From positions 1-44,112 of the IMG/VR virus record IMGVR_UViG_3300048599_000714: DNA of 44,112 bases; one strand, given 5' to 3'. Made by a program: the position numbers and the translations under genes. The notes under the pieces were generated by a model that saw only the letters and a program-made list of their open reading frames with translations, did no database searches and was not told the origin of the DNA. This DNA comes from a virus (Duplodnaviria > Caudoviricetes). Numbering within the stretch: the first letter of the stretch is position 1; each line of letters opens with the position of its first letter. Positions 1 to 10,372 of the stretch are shown here, one piece after another.

Positions 1-768
1 TTATCTTAACCTCGGTATAAGTGTACATCTACAATTAGGATGACTATCAAATGGTTCATCTAGTTCAAAGATTTTTCCTGAATTTGCCAGACAATCTTCA
101 CAAGTCTTATCATCATTCGTTACTAACCATTCCCATTTTTTAACAAGTTCACTTTCTTGCATCTGCATTAAAGAAGCTTCTCGAAATACTCTCATTTGTT
201 CAGTTCTTGCGACTAATAAGGCTCTATATTTGTTACCCTCCATTTGCTTTGACAGTAATCTAGCTGTTTCTTTCGGATTTTTACCTAGTGCAGTTGAGTT
301 AATCAAAATGTCAGTAAGGTTATTGACTGTTTTCGGGTAACTTTTCAATAGAATTTCATTCAATGGAGAACCATCTCTCGTAATTCCAATCATTGCATTC
401 ACAGCATCATAGTTTAAATGGTTGAATTTAACTGTGACAAGTTCTAGGGATTCTTGAACTGAAGCTAAACCCAATAAAGCAAAGTCTTTTTGTTCTCTAG
501 TAATTATGGTAGTTGCATCAATTGTAAAGTTAGATACTTGTTGCTTGCTTTCTTTTAGAAATTGTTTATAGAGGTCTAATTTAAATAGTTGGTCCTTTGA
601 CAAGATTTCTTTCTTGGAAAGTTCAGTTATCATTCCTTCCAGATTTTTAGATACGGTATTCCATTTGCTTTGAAGAAGCTGAAATTCTTTTTGTTCTCTA
701 TTCTTTAATCCATTGATAGTATCCAAAATTATCTTTTTAGATTTCTCGTTGTATTCGCTTTTCTTCAT
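1..768 (-). CDS. Phage minor head/morphogenesis protein (SPP1 gp7 / Mu gpF-like)
   Basis: RALLVARTE, KKWEW..DDKTCEDC and HPNCRC motifs; directly downstream of portal. Confidence 0.9.
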   Translation of the reverse strand: MKKSEYNEKSKKIILDTINGLKNREQKEFQLLQSKWNTVSKNLEGMITELSKKEILSKDQLFKLDLYKQFLKESKQQVSNFTIDATTIITREQKDFALLGLASVQESLELVTVKFNHLNYDAVNAMIGITRDGSPLNEILLKSYPKTVNNLTDILINSTALGKNPKETARLLSKQMEGNKYRALLVARTEQMRVFREASLMQMQESELVKKWEWLVTNDDKTCEDCLANSGKIFELDEPFDSHPNCRCTLIPRLR

Positions 769-775
769 AGAAAAC

Positions 776-2134
776 CTATAGTGAATTGAATGCGTTTAAG
801 TTTTGTTCTGCTTTAAGTGCATCTGCTTCAGATTTTTCTTTCCATGCTTGTTCTATTTCATCTTCACTAAAATTGGTTAATCTCATGGCAGATTTTAAGG
901 ACATTCCACTATTTACAAGATTCAATAGAGTTTGTGAGATTTCATCAATAGAAAGTGGGAATAATTCAGGTAAAGAAATTGTGTGATTGAAATCTCCATT
1001 TTCATAAGAACCAATAGAAGAAAAAATTCCCCAAACTTTCCCAAGAGTTAGACAGATTTGATTGATTCTGATTAATCCTCGAATAAGATTACCTCTCGCT
1101 TCAATTGCTTTTGAAATACTAGATTGAAGAATCATTTTGATTGCTTTCCCGGAAAGATTACCATCTTTCATGGAGTAGTATTTCAATTCGGGTAAATCAT
1201 TCTCTAGTTCATTCATCATATCCTGGAGAATTTTTAAAGCAGCTTCATAATCCAAATTAGGGACCAAAGAATTAACTTGAGAATCACCTTTTAGATACAT
1301 AACTGCATTATCTTTCAAAGCCAAGTTTTCTTTCTTTAGAGGTTCAATTGGTTTTGCAGTTGTATTGTCTTTCGTTGAAATTGCAATTAAAGGTTTATTC
1401 CACTTATAGAGAAGTTGAACAAGTCTAGAAGCTTCTCGATTAGCTTCATCAATTTTGTCTAGAGCGTGATTCGTACAACCAATGCCTAGAGTTTTTCCAA
1501 TATCTTTAAATTTAATGTGAACGATAGGAATAAAATCAATTCCTAATTCAGAAAGAAATCCAGAATTAACAGGATTTCCCATTTGTTCTAGTTTTTCTAC
1601 ATAGAAGCTATTTTGCCAGACTGCAAAATAATCTCCTTCTTTCTCCCAATATTCTGTTACATAAACACAGTTATTATTTTCATCTAAATCTGTGTAATCA
1701 ATTCTTATTTTTTGAATATATCCTCTTTTATCTTCTTCTAATTCAGTTACATTTTTTGGGGAGATGATTTCAAACCAAACCTTATTACCATCTGACGCAG
1801 CTTTCCAGAATAAATTACCATACAAGGCTAACTGCCTAACGGCTAACTGTTTTTGGCTTTCAAAGTTACTCCAATTCCAAATTTGAGAGATTGCATTAGA
1901 AACAGCATTAGAAGCATTGACTTTAACATTTGATAAATCACCCGGAATTAACTGAGAAACATAGAATTCAACTGAACGATTAACACAGGTTCGGATACCA
2001 TGAATATCTTCTACCCATTCACCTAGAAAATTTCCTAATTGTTTCTCTGTGTCATATAAGGAATTGTTTGAGTAATATTTTTCCAATTTTGAGTAAAGAG
2101 CATTAATCGGAATATCGTTATTAAATAAATTCAT
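776..2134 (-). CDS. Phage portal protein (SPP1-like)
   Basis: 452 aa between TerL and gp7-like gene; FIPIVH and NLSGKAI segments typical of SPP1-like portals. Confidence 0.85.
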   Translation of the reverse strand: MNLFNNDIPINALYSKLEKYYSNNSLYDTEKQLGNFLGEWVEDIHGIRTCVNRSVEFYVSQLIPGDLSNVKVNASNAVSNAISQIWNWSNFESQKQLAVRQLALYGNLFWKAASDGNKVWFEIISPKNVTELEEDKRGYIQKIRIDYTDLDENNNCVYVTEYWEKEGDYFAVWQNSFYVEKLEQMGNPVNSGFLSELGIDFIPIVHIKFKDIGKTLGIGCTNHALDKIDEANREASRLVQLLYKWNKPLIAISTKDNTTAKPIEPLKKENLALKDNAVMYLKGDSQVNSLVPNLDYEAALKILQDMMNELENDLPELKYYSMKDGNLSGKAIKMILQSSISKAIEARGNLIRGLIRINQICLTLGKVWGIFSSIGSYENGDFNHTISLPELFPLSIDEISQTLLNLVNSGMSLKSAMRLTNFSEDEIEQAWKEKSEADALKAEQNLNAFNSL

Positions 2135-2142
2135 AAGTACCT

Positions 2143-3609
2143 CTATCTGTTTCTATAGCCTTCTTCAAGGTAAGGTTGTAAAGCCAAAATTAATTGATTG
2201 AAAGCGTCTACCTGGTCCATTTTTTTAGAACTTGGGAAAGAAAATAATTCTTCTTCAAAGTCATAAAGCCAGTTGTACGATTCATCAGGTGGTGGTAAAA
2301 GAACTGAACCATTTTCGCACCATAAAGAAGCTTGAAAAGCTCTAGAGACTTTATCTCCTTTACCGTTTGGTGTAAAAGGCATGATTAAATCTTGAATCTC
2401 TGCATTAGAAGCCTGTTTTAAGGATTGAACAGCTTGAATTCCACTTGATTTATCTTCAATGTAAATTGTGTTTAACTTGTATCTGTATTTATTTGCTAGT
2501 CTTTCAACTTGTTCAAGTAATTGAGGAAATTCTACTTTCCCTCTCCAAACCTCTTTAATAAACAACTGGTAAGTAGAAGTTAATTCACCAACTACACAAG
2601 CTGAATAAGCTGAAGTATCTTTTACTGAAGAAGCTGTATCCCAAGATAAAAATCTAGCGATAATATCATGGTTATCTACTCGCTTGTTGAACCATTCTTT
2701 CTTGTAAATTGTGCCATTAAATAAAGTTGGTCTTTGTTGTAACTGAGAAGCTACCATTAGTTCAGACATATTTGATTTAAGGTCTTCAAGCTCTTTCTCT
2801 CCGTAAACTTCAGGCCATAAAGGTTCATTATCTTTTCTAGGGTCATTTAAACCAATGGAAGAGATGTATTTCTTACCTTCAAAATAGGCGGGAAGAATAA
2901 GAGTTTCCCATTTGTTATTCTTCTCTAGAATATGACCTGTTAAATCATTCTGGTGTAAGCGTTGCATTGCTACAATCTTTACAACGGTTTTTGGGTTAGC
3001 TATACGATTACTAAACGCCGAATCGTACCAAAGATTAACACTCTCTCTTATTGAGTCTGAATAAGCATCTTTAGCGTCTAGAGGGTCATCAACGATGATG
3101 AAATCACCACCTTGACCTGTAACCTTTGAATTTACGCCAAATGAAGCTCTTAAACCAGCTCGCATATTTCTAAATAAAGATTGTGTATCTCCATCTTTCG
3201 CTAATCTAAGCGGCCACCTTATTTGGTAGAAGTCAGATTTAATTAAGTCTCTGCATTTTCTAGAATCTCTTAATGCGATTTCTTCAGAATGAGAAGCATA
3301 AAGGAATTTCTTAGATGGTTTATTTGTCCATACCCACGCTGGAAAGAAAATATCTACTATCACTGATTTAGCATGCCTTGGGGGAAGATTTATTATTAAG
3401 TTCTGTACTTCCCCTCTATAACACGCTTCTAAGTAAGAGCATAAATATCGTAAATGCCAACCGTCTTTAAATTCTGTTTCTGGTTCAACAACATTCCAAC
3501 ATAGTTTAACGAAAGAATAAAAACTTCTTTTTCCAAGTTCAGATTGAATGATTTCAATGGGTGGTATTTTATTCAATTGGTTTGACGGTAACTTTTCCAA
3601 TAAGTTCAT
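2143..3609 (-). CDS. terL: Terminase large subunit
   Basis: Walker A-like INLPPRHAKS, Walker B FIIVDDP, MQRLHQNDL, RNase H-like SWDTA, IEDKSSG, DQVDA. Confidence 0.95.
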   Translation of the reverse strand: MNLLEKLPSNQLNKIPPIEIIQSELGKRSFYSFVKLCWNVVEPETEFKDGWHLRYLCSYLEACYRGEVQNLIINLPPRHAKSVIVDIFFPAWVWTNKPSKKFLYASHSEEIALRDSRKCRDLIKSDFYQIRWPLRLAKDGDTQSLFRNMRAGLRASFGVNSKVTGQGGDFIIVDDPLDAKDAYSDSIRESVNLWYDSAFSNRIANPKTVVKIVAMQRLHQNDLTGHILEKNNKWETLILPAYFEGKKYISSIGLNDPRKDNEPLWPEVYGEKELEDLKSNMSELMVASQLQQRPTLFNGTIYKKEWFNKRVDNHDIIARFLSWDTASSVKDTSAYSACVVGELTSTYQLFIKEVWRGKVEFPQLLEQVERLANKYRYKLNTIYIEDKSSGIQAVQSLKQASNAEIQDLIMPFTPNGKGDKVSRAFQASLWCENGSVLLPPPDESYNWLYDFEEELFSFPSSKKMDQVDAFNQLILALQPYLEEGYRNR

Positions 3610-4153
3610 TTAATTTTTCCAATTCTTCTACAGATAACATTGATAAATCATAAGAAACATCTAAATCTAAACTACCAGACACATTCATATTCTGATTTGT
3701 AGACCAACCTCCGACGGTATTAAGGAAGAATTTTTGAGCATCTAAATTACCATCTTCGATATGTTCCCAAAGTTTATCGGCTACATAATTAGTACCTTCT
3801 TTTCTAGCCTTTAGAACTGCACTTCGAATTGAAGCATCATTTCTAACTCGAAATTCAATAGCATCTCTTGTAACACCTAAAGCCGCCGCAGTTCGCGCAA
3901 TATTACCTTGATGTTCATAGAGTGCATTGATAATATCTTCAACTGTTAGATTTACTTGGGTTTGACCCTTTGTAGACCTTCGATTATTTCCAGTTCCGAC
4001 ACAATCTTCTAATTCTTTAAAAGCGTTAATATACCTAAGAAGATATTCCTTGGTTATTCCTAGATACTCACAAACTTGTTTTTTATTTCCTTCAAATTTA
4101 TTGTAAATTTCTCTAAATTCTTCTGGAGATAGGTCTAATTTTCTTTTCTGCAT
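3569..4153 (-). CDS. terS: Terminase small subunit-like protein with two HTH repeats
   Basis: Overlaps terL start; two Fis-like HTH units (GNKKQVCEYLGIT; GNIARTAAALGVT), GNLDAQKFFL, C-terminal DLSMLSVEELEKL. Confidence 0.7.
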   Translation of the reverse strand: MQKRKLDLSPEEFREIYNKFEGNKKQVCEYLGITKEYLLRYINAFKELEDCVGTGNNRRSTKGQTQVNLTVEDIINALYEHQGNIARTAAALGVTRDAIEFRVRNDASIRSAVLKARKEGTNYVADKLWEHIEDGNLDAQKFFLNTVGGWSTNQNMNVSGSLDLDVSYDLSMLSVEELEKLNELIGKVTVKPIE

Positions 4154-4167
4154 GATTAATTACTCCT

Positions 4168-4419
4168 TTAATGTACTGCGATTCCTAAAATGGAACCAAT
4201 AACAGCTAACCCCCATGAAAGAAAGTCTAAATTCCTTGAAGAGGTTCTTAATCGGTTGATTTCCTCTGTGTTATCAGATATTTGTTGTCTATGAACACCT
4301 TGGGTATTTTCTAGATTTCTTACTCTCTCTTCAAGTTTCGGAAGGTCATTTAATTTTTCACAAATTGCGTCTAATTTAGTATTTACTTTGATTAATAAGT
4401 CGTGGTCATTTTCATCCAT
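4168..4419 (-). CDS. Small coiled-coil + C-terminal TM protein (XhlA/holin-like)
   Basis: 83 aa, LEERVRNLE coiled coil, hydrophobic C-terminus; follows tail fibre; AGGAG RBS. Confidence 0.55.
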   Translation of the reverse strand: MDENDHDLLIKVNTKLDAICEKLNDLPKLEERVRNLENTQGVHRQQISDNTEEINRLRTSSRNLDFLSWGLAVIGSILGIAVH

Positions 4420-4499
4420 AGTTTTTAAGTCTCCTAGTTTATTAACCTCCTTTCACTTTCTCCCCTTTGTTTATAATTTGAAGTTAGCTCCCCTAGAAT

Positions 4500-5342
4500 T
4501 TAGAAGTAGTATGAACCGCTTACAACGATTCTCTTTGTCGTCCCTAAACCCCAGTTTGAAGCATCGTACTTTCGACAAGCTGCGTTTGAAGCATCATAAT
4601 TCCACGCTGCGCCCGCCATTAAAGCACTGTCAATCGTCAAACCTGAGAAAGCAAAAATCGTTGTATTAACAGCCGCACAAGGCAAACTGAATTGAATGTT
4701 TGTGCTTGCTGTTCCGCCCGTCGTACCAACCGCGTTAAGGTCAAAAAATAGTTTCGACCCAATTATAGAGAAAGTGGCTCTGTCTGTAGTAACTGAAGTA
4801 AATGTCATCGAACCGTTTGCACTGTAGGTTGGAGCCCAAGTAAAAGATAATGGAAAGCCTTGAGGTGTTGAAGCATTGGAGAAGCGAAAACCTCCAAATG
4901 TGTTGTTAGGAACCGTATCTCCTATAGTGGTTATTGTGGTGTTTCCCCCTGAATAAGAACTACTTAGAACGTACCCATATTGCCAAAAACCTAAAGTATT
5001 TCCAAACCAGGAAATCTTGACATTTTTATACAGCAATCCAGTCAAATCAATGCCCGCAAATTGCAAAGATGTTCCACTAACATAGGTAGGTCTAGGAGTG
5101 TTAATCCAGTTCCAACCGTTGAAATTATTCATAAAAGCATTTACATAAGCTGTAGTAGCAATAGCAGTTGAATTGTCACTTGTCGATGGTGTAGTGACTA
5201 AAGTCTTTAGATAGGTCCAGAGTGTATTGATTGAAGCTTTTTTACTTACCGGAACTGTAGAAGTATTTTGAACAAGTAGCATTAAATCATCTGTAGTTAG
5301 CGAACTTGCATTATCTAATTGAGTTATTTTCTTTTCTGTCAT
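4500..5342 (-). CDS. Tail fibre / receptor-binding protein
   Basis: N-terminal KKITQL..., TPSTSDNSTAIATTAYV fibre motif, Thr/Ser/Gly-rich beta C-terminus ending SGSYYF. Confidence 0.7.
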   Translation of the reverse strand: MTEKKITQLDNASSLTTDDLMLLVQNTSTVPVSKKASINTLWTYLKTLVTTPSTSDNSTAIATTAYVNAFMNNFNGWNWINTPRPTYVSGTSLQFAGIDLTGLLYKNVKISWFGNTLGFWQYGYVLSSSYSGGNTTITTIGDTVPNNTFGGFRFSNASTPQGFPLSFTWAPTYSANGSMTFTSVTTDRATFSIIGSKLFFDLNAVGTTGGTASTNIQFSLPCAAVNTTIFAFSGLTIDSALMAGAAWNYDASNAACRKYDASNWGLGTTKRIVVSGSYYF

Positions 5343-6059
5343 TTATGCCACCTTGAAACCAGTAAAGTAAAAGTTTTCGGCTGTTACTGTACTACCATCT
5401 AACGAATAGACACCAACACCTAAAGTCGCTAAACCAGTAGCATTAATCAAGACGGTTCGAGAACAGTTCAGACTAACGACTCCGCCATTTGTTGACATGG
5501 TTGATTGTTGAGCATGCCAGGTATAAACACCCGCCGCATAAGACGCAATTGAAATTTCTCTCAGCGTGTTGTTGCCACCTGTCGAAAAATGGACTCCAGC
5601 GCTAAAATGCCATAAGCCATAAAGCGAACTTGGAATAACAACCTGAGTTGTCGATGCAACACTATCACTATCGTAAGTTTCATTGTTGAATACTAAAGCT
5701 GTGTAAGTGTTGTAGTTAATATTTTGAGTTGATACAGTTTGAAGAACAAAACCTGTAGCATCGACAAAAGCGACTGTACCCCCTTTACTCTTCAATCCAT
5801 AACATACACTGGATGAAGCACCCGGAATCATGGAAGTTGTGAAAGACTGCCATGAAGGAGCACCACTCGAAACGCGCATAAACTGATTATTAGAACCAAT
5901 TGGAAGTCGTGTAAGTTCTGTACCTGAAGTAGCATATTCTAAATCACCAGCGGCTTGATACTTCCATAAATTTTCACCTTGATTCTTTATTTGGTCATTT
6001 AACATTGCTGAAGTAACTGTTTCACCAGGAATCCAATTTTTCCACGCAGATAAACCCAT
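5343..6059 (-). CDS. Minor tail/fibre protein
   Basis: WIPGETVTSAMLN and AAGDLEYAT..TRLPIGSNNQ motifs typical of phage fibre N-termini; beta-sandwich-like C-terminus. Confidence 0.65.
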   Translation of the reverse strand: MGLSAWKNWIPGETVTSAMLNDQIKNQGENLWKYQAAGDLEYATSGTELTRLPIGSNNQFMRVSSGAPSWQSFTTSMIPGASSSVCYGLKSKGGTVAFVDATGFVLQTVSTQNINYNTYTALVFNNETYDSDSVASTTQVVIPSSLYGLWHFSAGVHFSTGGNNTLREISIASYAAGVYTWHAQQSTMSTNGGVVSLNCSRTVLINATGLATLGVGVYSLDGSTVTAENFYFTGFKVA

Positions 6060-6085
6060 AATATTTACCTCCTAACATTCTAGAA

Positions 6086-7648
6086 CTAATATCCTAGAAT
6101 TGTATTTATGCCAAGTTGAGAACTGTCCAGAATCCAATAAACATCTGTTAAAGATAAAGCCGGAATCACTAACCAAGAGAAAGTAATAATTCCACCTGGA
6201 GTAATATTGAATTTGACTTTATTGATATAAAAGTAGTCATTAATACCATTCTCATTATCTTTGATAAGGACTAAATCACCGATATCACAATTTATAAAGG
6301 AAAGCATTGCTAAATCACTTTTATTAGCAAGAAAAGTGATTTCATCTAGCATAGTTTTAGGGTCTTTATCAGTTTGTAAGATTTTATTTGCTATGTTTGA
6401 TGCTGAATCGTAAGAAGATTGATACTTCATATCTAAATTCAAAGATTGTGGTAAATTATTAATAACACTTTCGCTGTCTTTAGCTGTATATTCCAAATCG
6501 CTGTATTGATAAATTCCTGTACCTCTTAGAATTAATTTTGTTACATAACCAGTATTTGAATAACTATTTGTTATTGTTATTTCTGCACTATCAGTAAAGA
6601 AAACACAAGAAACCGTTAAATAAGCTGTTAAGTTTGTCCCTGAACCGTCTGCATTTGCATACATTAGATAATCTGTGGTAGAAACTGGATTTACCATGTT
6701 CTTTCCACATATCTTTACTGCTTTATTTGCAGGGTCTTGAAATTTTGCTGTATATGTTCTGCTTTCTCCAGCGGATAATGAAATTATTTGACTTTCTGTA
6801 TATAAAGCTACTGGTGAAGATGAGTAAGAACGTGGTTTTATCTTTGCGGTTACAACATTAGAGATATTTGAGCCGTAAGAAACTTCAGCATTAGTATTTA
6901 AGTTGTTAAAGATAGCATCTTGTGTGTAGTCTAATATCCAACTTGAATTATCTTCAAACAGTATCAATTCATTATTTTCAGTAGTTGCATACTCATCATT
7001 CTTTGGAATTGGTGCTAATCTATCCGAAACAGAACGAGTATAGCGCCCTTCTACTACTAAAGTTTCTGGATTATGTTTAAGATAAATCCATCCTAGTTCT
7101 GAACGAGTTAAATAATTAAATTGTTGAATGGCTGTAGTTGAATTTCCAATTTGGTCAAAAGCGACTTCAAAAGTATCAGTACCATGATGATACACAGTGT
7201 TATTAGGTTCTTCAGGAATTAGTGAAATGATTTCTTCACTAATTCCTGAGATATCTTCTCCAAGTAATACTGTATTAAAAGTTAGGGGAATATTTTCTAA
7301 AAAGAAGAAATAATCTACAGCTTTAATTCTTGTAACCTTATTTTTTAAATCAAGATTAATTTCATTTATTCTTCCAAGGAATTTAACTTTTTCATCTACA
7401 TAAACAAAAGTCATTCTAAATTTATTACCCTTGCCAAATCCAGCGATAGAATTTATTGAACCTGGTGTAAACCTCCCATTTTCATTTTTTAGGTCTAAAG
7501 AAATTTCTCCAACATCAGCAACCCTATCAAGCCTTGATGTTCCTGAAATTCCCCAACTAGCGCTAACAGTTTGAACATATTTAGAGATATTTACCCATTC
7601 ATCATTTATATAGAGTTCATAACGAATTTCTTCACAATATACAGCCAT
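6086..7648 (-). CDS. Tail tip / baseplate hub protein
   Basis: 520 aa directly after tape measure; LKNENGRFTP and DIGDLVLI motifs. Confidence 0.7.
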   Translation of the reverse strand: MAVYCEEIRYELYINDEWVNISKYVQTVSASWGISGTSRLDRVADVGEISLDLKNENGRFTPGSINSIAGFGKGNKFRMTFVYVDEKVKFLGRINEINLDLKNKVTRIKAVDYFFFLENIPLTFNTVLLGEDISGISEEIISLIPEEPNNTVYHHGTDTFEVAFDQIGNSTTAIQQFNYLTRSELGWIYLKHNPETLVVEGRYTRSVSDRLAPIPKNDEYATTENNELILFEDNSSWILDYTQDAIFNNLNTNAEVSYGSNISNVVTAKIKPRSYSSSPVALYTESQIISLSAGESRTYTAKFQDPANKAVKICGKNMVNPVSTTDYLMYANADGSGTNLTAYLTVSCVFFTDSAEITITNSYSNTGYVTKLILRGTGIYQYSDLEYTAKDSESVINNLPQSLNLDMKYQSSYDSASNIANKILQTDKDPKTMLDEITFLANKSDLAMLSFINCDIGDLVLIKDNENGINDYFYINKVKFNITPGGIITFSWLVIPALSLTDVYWILDSSQLGINTILGY

Positions 7649-7651
7649 AAT

Positions 7652-9622
7652 TTAAATAGCTCCATGATTAATTAAAGCATTTGCAAAAGCATTGCCTAAT
7701 TCTTTAGGGTCCATTGTTTTGATGAGTTGATTAAGCAAATCAGAAAGGTTTTCGTCATTAGATTTCTTTACGTCGTTCTTAGTTGAAATTGGATTAGAGC
7801 GATTAACATTTAGTTGCGCGTTTAGCTTTGGAAGTTCACTATTAATCAACGGTTTTAAAGAATCACTTGTCCAGTAGAAAGCTTGTGCAATTTCTGGGGG
7901 GCTATGAATTTGTAGCCAAGATGGAATGTGAAGATTATTTAACTGGTCTATCAATTCACGTATCCAGTTTCTTGCCGCTCGAATGGCGTCTGACATCCAA
8001 TTGAACGCTTTCACTAAATGATTAACGATAATATCTTCAAGCCAAGTAAACGTTGGTCCTAATTTTTCCTGAAGAAAAGACCAAACATCTGTAACAGCAG
8101 GTAATAAGACATTGACGAATATAGCCACTAAAGAACGAACCGCAATAACAACAATCGTACCAATGAGTTGACCTAAAGCCCCTAAGAAAGGAAATAGCGT
8201 GCTAGACAACCAACCCCAAACAGCTTGAATTCCTGGTAAAAGAACTGTAGTCCATGCTGTAGACAAGAATTTCAAAGCAACTGGAATATTTGTCTGTAAC
8301 CAAAGAACGATAGTATTAAATATCGGTGAAATACTTGTCCAAATTTGATTTACCGTATCTTGAATACCCATAAAATTAGTGGTCCATGCTTGATAAAGCC
8401 CATAAGCGGCTAAACCAACTGCACCAATAATTAAAATAACTGGAGCCATTGAAACAACTACAGCCGTAATAGCTGGAATAACTGTAGTCCATACAAAAGC
8501 GCCAACCGCAACACCTAGAGCGGCTAGAATTCCAACAATAATTCCTTGATTATTTTGAAACCATGTGGGAATTTGAGATAAAGTAGTAATAATTTGAGGA
8601 ATATTTGCAACTAATTGAGCGCCGAAGGTGCTTAATCCAGTTGCAATTTTTGTAATACCATCGGTTACAATGGGATTATTCAATGTTGTGATTAGCATTC
8701 CGCCTAAAGTTGTCAGTGTAGGCAAAAGGGAAGTTCCAATTTCTTCACCAATATTGCCTAACTTGTTCTTGAATATCTCGAATTGCCCGCTTGCCGTTTG
8801 TCCGGCTGCTTCAGCACTTCCACCAAATTCTTTCTTGAGTTCGGCTAACAATAATTGTTGTGCTTTGACTTTACCTTCACCTGAAGTCATCCCTTCAAAT
8901 AGTTTAGTTTGAGCATCGGTTAAAGTAATTCCAGCCATTTTAGCCGCTGTCATAGCGTCAACTTCTTCACCATAACCGTCAATCATCTTTAGTTGATTTT
9001 TGGTGAGTTTGACTCCAGCATTAACTAAATCATCAGAGGCTTTACCTGTACCTACTAATGCCTGAATTTGGCTCTTTTGTTCATCTGTGAAGGTAACACC
9101 AACTCTTGTAAGTGCTGTTAAACCTTTCGCAGGGTCATTCAAAGCTTTTCCCAATTGAAGTGCAGACGATTTTAAATCTTGACCCATTGCTTGACTCATA
9201 TCAAGCATGGTTTTAGTTACATCCGGGAAAACGTCCTTACCAATTCCGGTAAAGGTTAGCAATAAATTTTCACCAGAAACAATAGCGTCATCTTCAAACT
9301 TTGTAGTATTACCTAGTTCAGTCGCTAAATCATTAATTGCACCCGCTGACATTCCAGCAGCAAAACCCGTTGAAGTCAATACACTGTGTAGTTGTGCTTG
9401 AATGTCTTCTGCATCACTAGCCGCTTTTACAGATTCAATTAATCCCGCTGTAGCTGCTCCTACACCCACTGTCAAAGCGCCTAATCCAGCGGTAACTACT
9501 CCCTTCCCGATTCCAGATAACTTGTCACTGAATGAACTTGCACTATTTGAAGCTGTATCAATTCCACTAACAAAGTCCTTTGCATTTGCTATGATATTTA
9601 CTGATAAATCATTTAATTCCAT
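7652..9622 (-). CDS. Tail tape measure protein
   Basis: Ala/Gly-rich, QLGKALNDP..GLTALTRVGVTFT, periodic Trp/Phe repeats; start moved to MELNDL (9622) with AGGTG RBS. Confidence 0.92.
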   Translation of the reverse strand: MELNDLSVNIIANAKDFVSGIDTASNSASSFSDKLSGIGKGVVTAGLGALTVGVGAATAGLIESVKAASDAEDIQAQLHSVLTSTGFAAGMSAGAINDLATELGNTTKFEDDAIVSGENLLLTFTGIGKDVFPDVTKTMLDMSQAMGQDLKSSALQLGKALNDPAKGLTALTRVGVTFTDEQKSQIQALVGTGKASDDLVNAGVKLTKNQLKMIDGYGEEVDAMTAAKMAGITLTDAQTKLFEGMTSGEGKVKAQQLLLAELKKEFGGSAEAAGQTASGQFEIFKNKLGNIGEEIGTSLLPTLTTLGGMLITTLNNPIVTDGITKIATGLSTFGAQLVANIPQIITTLSQIPTWFQNNQGIIVGILAALGVAVGAFVWTTVIPAITAVVVSMAPVILIIGAVGLAAYGLYQAWTTNFMGIQDTVNQIWTSISPIFNTIVLWLQTNIPVALKFLSTAWTTVLLPGIQAVWGWLSSTLFPFLGALGQLIGTIVVIAVRSLVAIFVNVLLPAVTDVWSFLQEKLGPTFTWLEDIIVNHLVKAFNWMSDAIRAARNWIRELIDQLNNLHIPSWLQIHSPPEIAQAFYWTSDSLKPLINSELPKLNAQLNVNRSNPISTKNDVKKSNDENLSDLLNQLIKTMDPKELGNAFANALINHGAI

Positions 9623-9629
9623 AAAACAC

Positions 9630-9929
9630 CTATAATTTATTTTTGCCAAATAAAGCTTTAAACATTGTTAATTGCTTCTCTGCTAAATTTTTATCTTCTG
9701 GTAAAGAACCACTGAACTTAAATAGAAAATCATCTAGCTCGAATCGTTTATCTGAATTCAAGGTAGCTAGTGTTAGATTGATATTTGCTTGTGCGTAGTT
9801 TATGATTTCTTCTTCAGTGGGGTTATTCTCTAGATAAATTTGCCAGTTTATAAATTCATCTGCATCAAGTTCTAGAATTTCCTTTACACTTTTCTTTAGG
9901 TGAGAAGCTAACTTATAGGCAAAATGCAA
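9630..9929 (-). CDS. Tail assembly chaperone, C-terminal (gpT-like) part reached by -1 frameshift
   Basis: FAYKLASHLKKSVKEI..EFINWQIY; in the -1 frame of the upstream ORF after A AAA AAC at 9941-9947. Confidence 0.8.
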   Translation of the reverse strand: MHFAYKLASHLKKSVKEILELDADEFINWQIYLENNPTEEEIINYAQANINLTLATLNSDKRFELDDFLFKFSGSLPEDKNLAEKQLTMFKALFGKNKL

Positions 9930-9937
9930 AGGACTGT

Positions 9938-10276
9938 TTAGTTTTTTATTTGTTTGCGAGATTTATTTATTGCTTCTTGAGTTAACCCGTTTAGCTCCAC
10001 GATTGCAGTCAAGAATTTATTGAAAGCATCTGCATTCAAGTTATGAATTTCTTCTTTGGTGAAGAATGGTTTATTATCTTCATCAATTACTGAGAAATAA
10101 ACGAGGGAAATAAAGTAATCCATTGTTGGTTGATTATCTTTAATAGTGCTTTGAATTTGAATTAAATCTTCAGCGTTTAACTTTTTTACGATGTAAGTAA
10201 GGTCATTTATCTCAAGTTCTTGTGTAAATAAGCGTGTTAAATCCAATTTATCTTGTTTCGTTGCTCTTCTAGCCAT
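9938..10276 (-). CDS. Tail assembly chaperone (gpG-like)
   Basis: Between tail tube and tape measure; SVIDEDNKPFFTKEE; ends at a slippery heptamer. Confidence 0.8.
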   Translation of the reverse strand: MARRATKQDKLDLTRLFTQELEINDLTYIVKKLNAEDLIQIQSTIKDNQPTMDYFISLVYFSVIDEDNKPFFTKEEIHNLNADAFNKFLTAIVELNGLTQEAINKSRKQIKN

Positions 10277-10341
10277 AATTTTAAATTCTCCAATTGTTTA
10301 TAAAGTATGTATGCTTTCGATAATAAAGGGTTATCAAAACC

Positions 10342-10369
10342 AAAAAGGGAGTTTTTAGGCTCCCTTTTT
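10342..10369. terminator. Intrinsic terminator after tail tube gene
   Basis: AAAAAGGGAG-8nt-CTCCCTTTTT hairpin. Confidence 0.75.
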
Positions 10370-10372
10370 CAT

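Noticed and set aside
4500-6059. Diversity-generating retroelement or shufflon acting on the fibre genes
   Set aside because: No reverse transcriptase, invertase or template/variable repeat pair seen in the window.
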